Source: Bacteroidota bacterium (GTDB taxonomy: Bacteria > Bacteroidota > Ignavibacteria > UBA10030 > SZUA-254). Taken from it: DNA of 64,000 bases. How positions within the stretch are numbered: position 1 is the first letter of the stretch; each line of letters begins with the position of its first letter. Positions 58,185-64,000 of the stretch are shown here, in pieces. The translations under genes and the position numbers were made by a program. The notes under the pieces are model-generated. The model saw only the letters and a program-made list of their open reading frames with translations, searched no databases and had not been told where the DNA came from. Location: assembly GCA_035635475.1 (NCBI GenBank), contig DASQAZ010000117.1, positions 21,988-85,987 of the forward strand. The letters run 5' to 3'.

Positions 58185-58703
58185 TTAGATAAGATTTTTT
58201 GCTTTTAATATGAGGTCAACTACTTCCCGGACGGCTCCCCTTCCCCCGCGCGCTCTTGCGACGTAGTCAACAAGGTCCCGTACAACCGGGACAGCATCGT
58301 CCGGAGCGGCGCTCAGCCCGACCGTTTTCAGCAGCGGCACATCGAGTTCGTCGTCGCCGATGAAGCAGACTTCCTTTTGATTGAAGCCGAGGCGTCCGCA
58401 CACCTGGCGCGCGATAACCGTCTTGTCCTTCACTCCTTGATGAATCTCCGCAACGCCCAGCTCGCGGGCGCGTTTGGCGGTGGCTTTCGAGGAACGGCCG
58501 GAGACGATGGCGAACCTCAAGCCTTTTTGTGCCCCCCTCTCGATGCCGTACCCGTCATGAGCATCGAAAAGCTTGTACTCGCTCCCGTCATCCCCGTACA
58601 TGATCCGTCCATCGGTTAAGACGCCATCGACGTCCATGATGACCATCCGGATGGGTTTGCACTTGCCGCGCAGTTGCCGGCCGGTGGTTCGGTTAGATTG
58701 CAA
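58185..58703 (-). CDS. kdsC: 3-deoxy-D-manno-octulosonate 8-phosphate phosphatase KdsC (HAD family)
   Basis: KPIRMVIMDVDGVLTDG parallels E. coli ENIRLLILDVDGVLSDG. GDD...D HAD motifs. C-terminal GGRGAVREVVDLIL. Confidence 0.8.
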   Translation of the reverse strand: MQSNRTTGRQLRGKCKPIRMVIMDVDGVLTDGRIMYGDDGSEYKLFDAHDGYGIERGAQKGLRFAIVSGRSSKATAKRARELGVAEIHQGVKDKTVIARQVCGRLGFNQKEVCFIGDDELDVPLLKTVGLSAAPDDAVPVVRDLVDYVARARGGRGAVREVVDLILKAKNLI

Positions 58704-59517
58704 TCTTCTGCTTCACAATGTGATCGAGCGATACGACCTGCCGGAGCAACTCTTCGAGGCGGCTCAGTTTCAGTTGACTCGCGGCATCGCTGAGAGCACG
58801 GCGCGGATTTGGGTGTGTTTCGACGAACAGGCCGTCGATGCCGACCGCAACTCCGGCGCGGGCAATGGGGAAAATGAACTCTGGCTGGCCGTCACTCGAA
58901 TTCTTGCCGGCCCCGGGGAGCTGAACCGAATGCGTCGCGTCCAGAATCACGGGATACCCGGCGGTGCGCATGATGCTCAGCGATCGCATATCAACAACAA
59001 GATTGTTATAACCGAAGCTGGCCCCGCGCTCGGTCAGCATGACGTTCTTGTTCCCGGTCGCCTCCACTTTTTCCGCCTGATGGCGCATGTCCTGGGGAGC
59101 CATGAACTGACCCTTTTTGATATTGACCGGTTTGCCGGTTCGGCCGGCTGCGCGCAGAATGTCTGTCTGGCGGCAGAGGAATGCGGGAATTTGCAGGACA
59201 TCTGCTACCTCGGCAACCGGGGCCGCTTCCCGATCGGAATGAATGTCGGTGAGGACGGGGATATCGAATTCTTTCTTAACCTCCCACAGAATTGCGAGGG
59301 CTCTGTCCATCTCCAACCCCATGAATGCCAGGTTGCTTGTCCGATTGGCTTTCCGGTAGGAGGCCTTGAATATAAATGGAACGCGGAGCTTGTGCGCTAC
59401 CATCTGAATGCGCTCGGCGATCTTCAACGCCATCTCGCGTCCTTCAATGATGCAGGGACCGGCGATGAGGACAATCGGATTCCCCCCTCCGATTCTGATC
59501 TTGCCGATTCTAATCAT
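58693..59517 (-). CDS. kdsA: 3-deoxy-8-phosphooctulonate synthase KdsA
   Basis: Collinear with E. coli KdsA (FIFKASYRKANRTS, QIPAFLCRQTD, VMLTERGASFGYNNLVVDM, DATHSVQ). Start taken at MIRIGKIRIGGG. The ORF opens at 59553. Confidence 0.9.
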   Translation of the reverse strand: MIRIGKIRIGGGNPIVLIAGPCIIEGREMALKIAERIQMVAHKLRVPFIFKASYRKANRTSNLAFMGLEMDRALAILWEVKKEFDIPVLTDIHSDREAAPVAEVADVLQIPAFLCRQTDILRAAGRTGKPVNIKKGQFMAPQDMRHQAEKVEATGNKNVMLTERGASFGYNNLVVDMRSLSIMRTAGYPVILDATHSVQLPGAGKNSSDGQPEFIFPIARAGVAVGIDGLFVETHPNPRRALSDAASQLKLSRLEELLRQVVSLDHIVKQKIAI

Positions 59518-59665
59518 CCGGACTTCTGAGGCTGCCGATCTCTTCTCACGCATTCAAAGTACAAAAAAAAGCGAGGAATTTCAAAGAGGAGAGGCTGCAG
59601 GGCGGTTGCTCATCCTCAAGAATTCGATTGCTTATCTCACGGCTTCCGCGTATTTTGGTGCCACA

Positions 59666-60535
59666 ATGCTGGCCCTCAGGGCATACGCAAAGATCAATCT
59701 CGGGCTCCGGATACTCCGATTGCGAAATGATGGATACCACGATCTTGAGACGGTTTTTCATCGGATCAAACTCTTCGACGAACTCGAGCTTGAGAGGGCC
59801 GATACCATCTCGATCGAATGTTCCCCGGCGGAGCTCCCTGCGGACGAACGTAATCTCAGCTACAAGGCGGCATTGCTCTTGCGGCAGGAGCTCGCGCGAG
59901 GGGATGGAGTACACATCAAACTGAGGAAGAACATCCCTCTCGGCGCGGGACTGGGGGGAGGCAGCTCGGATGCGGCGTCCGCGCTCCTCGGGCTGCTTCA
60001 ACTCTGGGAGGCGGCCCTCCCCATCGATCGGCTGCGCTCAGTCGCGGCGCAGCTCGGCTCCGACGTGCCTTTTTTCCTGGAGAAGGGGATGGCGTATGCA
60101 ACCGGGCGAGGCGATGTTCTCGACTATTTTCACGTCGAGTTTCCCTACTGGATCGTCGTTGTCAGCCCAAACATCCATATATCGACAGCATGGGCGTATC
60201 AAGAGCTGAAGAACAGTAAACGCGCCATTGGAAATGACCGGGTGGCCCGGTCCTCTCTCAAAGATCTGCTGATCGAAAACCTCAATGACCCCCGGATGCT
60301 CCAAAATCTCATCCGCAATGATTTTGAACCGATCGTCCTGGGGACCCATGATGCCGTGGTTCGTCTCAAGCGGGGGCTCTACGACGCCGGTGCAGATTTC
60401 GCGCAGCTTTCCGGAAGCGGTTCGGCCGTCTACGGTCTTTTTAAAACCGAAGCTGCTGCTCACTCGGCAACAGAGGCATTCTCCGGGGAGCACCTGGTGT
60501 CCACAACCCCTCCCAACTTCGATCCGGACGTCTGA
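59666..60535 (+). CDS. ispE: 4-diphosphocytidyl-2-C-methyl-D-erythritol kinase IspE
   Basis: AYAKINLGLRILRLRNDGYHDLETVF and the GHMP kinase P-loop PLGAGLGGGSSDAAS. Start at internal Met 59666. The upstream part of the ORF overlaps kdsA antisense. Confidence 0.85.
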   Translation: MLALRAYAKINLGLRILRLRNDGYHDLETVFHRIKLFDELELERADTISIECSPAELPADERNLSYKAALLLRQELARGDGVHIKLRKNIPLGAGLGGGSSDAASALLGLLQLWEAALPIDRLRSVAAQLGSDVPFFLEKGMAYATGRGDVLDYFHVEFPYWIVVVSPNIHISTAWAYQELKNSKRAIGNDRVARSSLKDLLIENLNDPRMLQNLIRNDFEPIVLGTHDAVVRLKRGLYDAGADFAQLSGSGSAVYGLFKTEAAAHSATEAFSGEHLVSTTPPNFDPDV

Positions 60536-62556
60536 TGAATCTCCTGCCCGGCGCGAAGCTGCCGCTGGTCCTGGCCGTGATGATCTTTTCTCTTCCAAAA
60601 CCGGCTGGCTCCCAAGTATTGCCGTCCGACTCAACGAGGAGCGATACAACGCGGTCTATACGCCCGGATTCTCTCACGAAGTACCCGATCGCGATCGCGT
60701 TGGTGGGTTCGATCGACCGATCGATTGCACCCCGTCTTGTGATCGATGACTCAACGATGCACTTTTTGGACTACGAGTCGCTCGGCGACCTCGTCAGCGT
60801 CATGCCGGGGGCATTCGTCTTCGGATTGGGAAGCCCGGGGCAGTTTCAGGGGCTCACGCTGCAGGGGCTCGGCGCGCGGGATATTGCACTCCTCGGCGGC
60901 GGCACACTTCTCAATAATCCGTCCTCCGGAATGTACGATCTGAATCTTTTCTCTTTAGAAGACATTGGCCGCATTGAGATCGTCTCCGGTATCCGCTCAT
61001 TTCTCTACGGATTGAATTCCACCGGCGGGACAATTAATCTGGTGAACAAGAGCCTGAAGGCGCTCCATCCTAATTCTCACATACGATACAGCGAGGACGG
61101 ATACGGATACAGCGTGCTCGACGGCATGGTGAGTCAAAATATAAGCCGCGGTTTGAATATCACCGCCGGAATCCTGCACAGAACTGTCGATGGAAGATTT
61201 CTGAACACGGACGGTGATGCCTGGAGCGGCCGGGCGAGGCTGCGTTACAATTTGTCTGGCGAGGTGAGTCTCTTCGGTTCGGAAGTGTACAATCAGACCC
61301 GGCTCGATATGAACGGGGGGATCGACTCGACGACTCAGGCAGCGGATCGGTTTGATCGGATTCTGGCAAAGGTGCGGAATACGGACTCATATGAGAAGGT
61401 CTTCCGGCACGACATGCAACTCGGAATTGCCACGAACTTCCGGGCCGACTCGAGTGCGATCAACACGTTGACCTTTTACTATTCGACCAACCTCCGCGAA
61501 TACCGCGACGAGGAAAACCGGCCGACTCCGAACATGACGTTCCTCCAACAGAATCAATACTCGCGGTGGTATGGGTTGAAGTTGGCGGAGCGCCGGCTCG
61601 TGAACGATGTCGTGATCGACGCCGGTGCCGAGATTCAGCACCGGAGATTCCTCATCGGCCCGCCCGGAGAGGACGGTTCGACGACATTGGGGCGGGAAGT
61701 CGGATCGACTGACTACAGTGCCTTTGCGAAATCTGATGTGCACTTCGCGGAGATGCTGCGGGCTTCAGCGTATGGACGAGTCGAGAGCTATTTCGATCAG
61801 CACGAATTCTCGTTCGGCGCCGATGCAGCATGGAACCTATCCGACTGGTTGGAGCTATTCGGAGGTGCATCGCGATCCAGCCGGTTTCCCACAGCACAGG
61901 AATTGTACGGGACGCCGGCGGCGGACTCTTCGACGATTTCAGGTGAGTCGGAGCGCCATTTGCTCGTCGAGGGGGGACTGAGGTCACGCCCCGGCCGCGC
62001 ATGCGCGTTTGAATTAACCGCTTTCCGCCGGACCGTTGAAAATCCTATCGTCGTCCGGCAGTCGAACGCTCCGCCAGTGATGCCCACTTTCGAATTTTAC
62101 CGGGGCGAAACTCAATATCTGAGGGGGATCGACGGCTCTGCATCGCTCCGCTTCGGGAGTTTTCTTCTGGAAGGGAGCGCGCAGTATCTTGAAGTCCTCA
62201 CCGGAGATAATGTCGGGAATGAGTTTCCAAAATGGACAGGGCGCGGCGGGGCCTGGTTCCGGGATTCCCTTTTTGGGAGGCATCTGGATTTGAAGGCCGG
62301 CTTCCAGGGAAGGTTTTTCAGCTCGTTTCAAGGCCGTGGGTTCGATCAACTGGCCCAGATCGATGTTCCAACGTTGAATCCGGAAACGATTGATATGAAT
62401 GGGACCGTTGATTTTCTCCTTATCGCGCACATCGGCAGCGCGTACGTTCATCTGGTCTGGGAAAACTTGTTCGACCGGCAGTATATCATGCGAATCTTCT
62501 ATCCGATGCCCGCGAGGAATATTCGTTTCGGGATCACCTGGGATTTTCTGGATTGA
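60535..62556 (+). CDS. TonB-dependent outer-membrane receptor
   Basis: Signal peptide, plug-like N-terminal domain (IEIVSGIRSFLYGLNSTGGTINLV), and long β-barrel ending in aromatic ...FGITWDFLD. ATG overlaps the ispE stop. Confidence 0.7.
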   Translation: MNLLPGAKLPLVLAVMIFSLPKPAGSQVLPSDSTRSDTTRSIRPDSLTKYPIAIALVGSIDRSIAPRLVIDDSTMHFLDYESLGDLVSVMPGAFVFGLGSPGQFQGLTLQGLGARDIALLGGGTLLNNPSSGMYDLNLFSLEDIGRIEIVSGIRSFLYGLNSTGGTINLVNKSLKALHPNSHIRYSEDGYGYSVLDGMVSQNISRGLNITAGILHRTVDGRFLNTDGDAWSGRARLRYNLSGEVSLFGSEVYNQTRLDMNGGIDSTTQAADRFDRILAKVRNTDSYEKVFRHDMQLGIATNFRADSSAINTLTFYYSTNLREYRDEENRPTPNMTFLQQNQYSRWYGLKLAERRLVNDVVIDAGAEIQHRRFLIGPPGEDGSTTLGREVGSTDYSAFAKSDVHFAEMLRASAYGRVESYFDQHEFSFGADAAWNLSDWLELFGGASRSSRFPTAQELYGTPAADSSTISGESERHLLVEGGLRSRPGRACAFELTAFRRTVENPIVVRQSNAPPVMPTFEFYRGETQYLRGIDGSASLRFGSFLLEGSAQYLEVLTGDNVGNEFPKWTGRGGAWFRDSLFGRHLDLKAGFQGRFFSSFQGRGFDQLAQIDVPTLNPETIDMNGTVDFLLIAHIGSAYVHLVWENLFDRQYIMRIFYPMPARNIRFGITWDFLD

Positions 62557-62562
62557 GGAGGG

Positions 62563-63099
62563 ATGGAGAGCGCCAGAATGGTGGTTAGTGTTTTCGGCAG
62601 CTCCCGCCCCCGTCCGGGAGAACCCGACTATCAAACGGCGTACGAACTGGGAAAAATGCTCGCCGGCGCGGGCTACACGGTCTGTAACGGGGGATACGGC
62701 GGAATCATGGAAGCGAGCGCCCGCGGCGCACGTGAAGCGGGTGGTAGATCCATCGGTGTCGTCACCGATTTCTTTTCACGCCAGGCAAACCCGTACATCG
62801 ACGAAACGATTATTGAAGTCACGATCGTCGACCGACTGCAGAAGCTTCTCCACCTGGGCGATGCGTATGTGATCCTCAAAGGAGGCACCGGCACGCTTCT
62901 TGAGCTCGCGGCGCTCTGGGAGTTTATGAACAAAGGCATCATGCCCCGGAAACCGGCAATCGCGGTGGGTGACTTTTGGATGCCGATTGTGGATCGAATC
63001 GCTCAGGCGCTCATTCAAGAAGGGTCCGAGCGCGCAAGCCGGTATGTGACGGTCGTGGGTTCTCCCTCAGATGCTCTCCTCATTTTGGGTGGGGGATGA
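62563..63099 (+). CDS. LOG-family / TIGR00730-type Rossmann protein (putative nucleotide 5'-monophosphate nucleosidase)
   Basis: Motifs GGYGGIMEA and KGGTGTLLE. Confidence 0.8.
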   Translation: MESARMVVSVFGSSRPRPGEPDYQTAYELGKMLAGAGYTVCNGGYGGIMEASARGAREAGGRSIGVVTDFFSRQANPYIDETIIEVTIVDRLQKLLHLGDAYVILKGGTGTLLELAALWEFMNKGIMPRKPAIAVGDFWMPIVDRIAQALIQEGSERASRYVTVVGSPSDALLILGGG

Positions 63100-63328
63100 T
63101 ATCATGGAGGTGGTAAGTACCACCCTCGATAGTAAAGTAAAAACGCCACCCTTTTGTCACCCGGGCCTGCCAGATTCCGCGTGCTTCATCGTATTTTTTC
63201 GCGCGAAGGGAAGGATGACGGAGATCGCGGGCAAGAAAAAGCAGGCGACGATCGAATGCGCGCTGGATATTGGCCGGTGCACTCTCGTAGCTGCGAAGAA
63301 AGCGATCGCTGTAGCGAAAGTACATCAC
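63080..63328 (-). CDS. type II toxin-antitoxin system toxin, RelE/ParE superfamily
   Basis: 82 aa. RelE/ParE-like pattern ...RKGWRFYFTIEGGTYHLHDIIPHPK. It overlaps the upstream antitoxin gene by 4 bp. Confidence 0.7.
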   Translation of the reverse strand: MMYFRYSDRFLRSYESAPANIQRAFDRRLLFLARDLRHPSLRAKKYDEARGIWQARVTKGWRFYFTIEGGTYHLHDIIPHPK

Positions 63329-63597
63329 GAAGCTTTGCGTTTTCTTCTGCGCCGGGCGTGGGAGTGGAGGGAACGGATCGCTTGCTTGGCGGTCGCGAAG
63401 GGACCGTAAGATCGGCCTTTTCGATAATCTTCGATGCTTTCAGCAAGCCGCTTTTCAACGAGGGCTTTCGGTGTAAGGATCAAACGGTCCTCAACGAGTT
63501 CGATCTCCAGATAGTCCCCCGGAGAGAGACCGAGTTGGTCGTGGAGTTTTTTGGGGATCGCGACTTGGCGGCTCACCCCTACTTTGACAGCAGCCAT
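63325..63597 (-). CDS. AbrB/MazE/SpoVT-type antitoxin
   Basis: MAAVKVGVSRQVAIPKKLHDQLGLSPGDYLEIELVEDRLILTP is a swapped-hairpin AbrB-type domain. ATG 63597..63595 with AGGAG SD. The ORF-track extension to 63714 is not supported. Confidence 0.7.
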   Translation of the reverse strand: MAAVKVGVSRQVAIPKKLHDQLGLSPGDYLEIELVEDRLILTPKALVEKRLAESIEDYRKGRSYGPFATAKQAIRSLHSHARRRRKRKAS

Positions 63598-63637
63598 GGG
63601 GCACACTCCTTCTGATATTGTATTTTCATATAATTGT

Positions 63638-63666
63638 ATTATACGATATAAGACAGAGAGATGCAA
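63638..63666 (-). promoter_or_regulatory. σ70-type promoter of the antitoxin-toxin operon with overlapping palindromic operator
   Basis: Minus strand reads TTGCAT-17 nt-TATAAT. The -10 is part of the perfect palindrome TATAAT-TGT-ATTATA (63629..63643). Confidence 0.5.
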
Positions 63667-63744
63667 GAGCGGGTTGACTGGCCGACTCTGCATGGTCACG
63701 TTGGTGTCCGACAACCAAAGGAATTATCGGGGCTCCGGTATTGC

Positions 63745-63773
63745 TTGACATACCCCCTAATTTTTCGTACTAT
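63745..63773 (+). promoter_or_regulatory. σ70-like promoter upstream of the RDD-family gene
   Basis: TTGACA (63745..63750), 17-nt spacer, TACTAT (63768..63773). ~100 nt before the ATG at 63876. Confidence 0.4.
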
Positions 63774-63875
63774 CGTTCGAAGAATGCATTCAAACGATCA
63801 TTCCTTGTGCTCCGAAAAGCGAAATTGGACTTTCCACCTAAATCCTCCATCATAAACTAACTGGAGAAAGCTCCC

Positions 63876-64000
63876 ATGGAACAGATCGTCAATCAGCCAC
63901 CGCCGATGCAGTCTGCCGGAGTACGTTACGCCGGATTCTGGAGACGCGTTGTCGCGTATATCATCGATGAACTCATCCTCGGCGTCTTCTCCTTCATTCT
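63876..64000 (+). CDS. RDD-family membrane protein (5' end only; continues past window end)
   Basis: MEQIVNQPPPMQSAGVRYAGFWRRVVAYIIDELILGV is the RDD-domain N-terminal signature. GGAG RBS at 63863. Confidence 0.6.
   Translation, partial: MEQIVNQPPPMQSAGVRYAGFWRRVVAYIIDELILGVFSFI

Noticed and set aside
58573-59529. 318-aa plus-strand ORF
   Set aside because: Antisense to kdsA, which is collinear with E. coli KdsA.
63598-63714. N-terminal 39 codons of the ORF-track antitoxin (MSDTNVTMQSRP...)
   Set aside because: The true start is the Met giving MAAVKVGVSRQ with an AGGAG SD 8 nt upstream. The extension would run through the operon's own promoter and operator.
1-64000. Search for CRISPR arrays, tRNA/rRNA/tmRNA genes, IS elements, integrases and prophage genes
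   Set aside because: No direct-repeat/spacer arrays, no tRNA-like T-loop/acceptor structures in intergenic regions, and no transposase, integrase or phage structural homologues were seen in any frame. The window is contiguous core-like chromosome.

Overview
High-GC (about 60%) Gram-negative chromosomal segment. The organism is most likely in the FCB group (Bacteroidota / Rhodothermota / Ignavibacteriota-like): one protein carries a T9SS C-terminal sorting domain, lptC encodes a lipoprotein, the LptA/OstA homologue is the long form, and the gene set is Bacteroidetes-like. The window is densely packed with housekeeping genes. No tRNA/rRNA genes, CRISPR arrays, IS elements or prophage genes were seen.

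Genes from left to right:
- rpsA–ispH–cmk (minus strand), a TrmH-family methyltransferase, and a 1206-aa multi-PAS hybrid histidine kinase.
- A minus-strand run containing an AlbA_2/wHTH protein, ruvX, an HU-family gene and relA/spoT.
- A plus-strand run: AMMECR1–MEMO–DUF2520 oxidoreductase–sugar nucleotidyltransferase–enoyl-CoA hydratase–hypothetical–glyQS–ompA-like–TPR protein–ZIP transporter.
- An outer-membrane β-barrel gene divergent from deoC, then two SPOR lipoproteins.
- A cell-envelope cluster: Ig-like lipoprotein–mltG–GT-C/TPR membrane protein–tsaD.
- A MacAB-type efflux locus with two FtsX permeases and a small OMP.
- rpmB–pgsA–pgpA–cinA–thpR–REC-only response regulator–recA–recX, followed by two 3'-5' exonuclease genes, the second fused to a WYL domain.
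- A convergent MASE1/PAS histidine kinase with an OmpR-type regulator.
- An intergenic region carrying a strong plus-strand intrinsic terminator (candidate sRNA).
- A hypothetical gene, bioY and an α/β-hydrolase (minus strand).
- A 1449-aa secreted protein with 13 Asp-box/BNR propeller repeats and a T9SS C-terminal domain, co-transcribed with an SGNH hydrolase.
- An LPS/Kdo operon kdsA–kdsC–unknown–kdsD–lptC–lptA–lptB (minus strand).
- ispE, a TonB-dependent receptor, a LOG-family protein, an AbrB–ParE/RelE toxin–antitoxin pair with a textbook σ70 promoter/operator, and the start of an RDD-family gene.

The most interesting feature is the recA-centred operon that continues into a PolB-like exonuclease lacking a canonical start codon and a DnaQ(DEDDh)–WYL fusion protein. 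Secondary points of interest are the AMMECR1–MEMO pair without its radical-SAM partner, an unknown protein embedded in the Kdo/Lpt operon, and a candidate sRNA.

Many long antisense ORFs in the six-frame track are artefacts of the GC content. All assignments are from reading the translations; no database searches were run.
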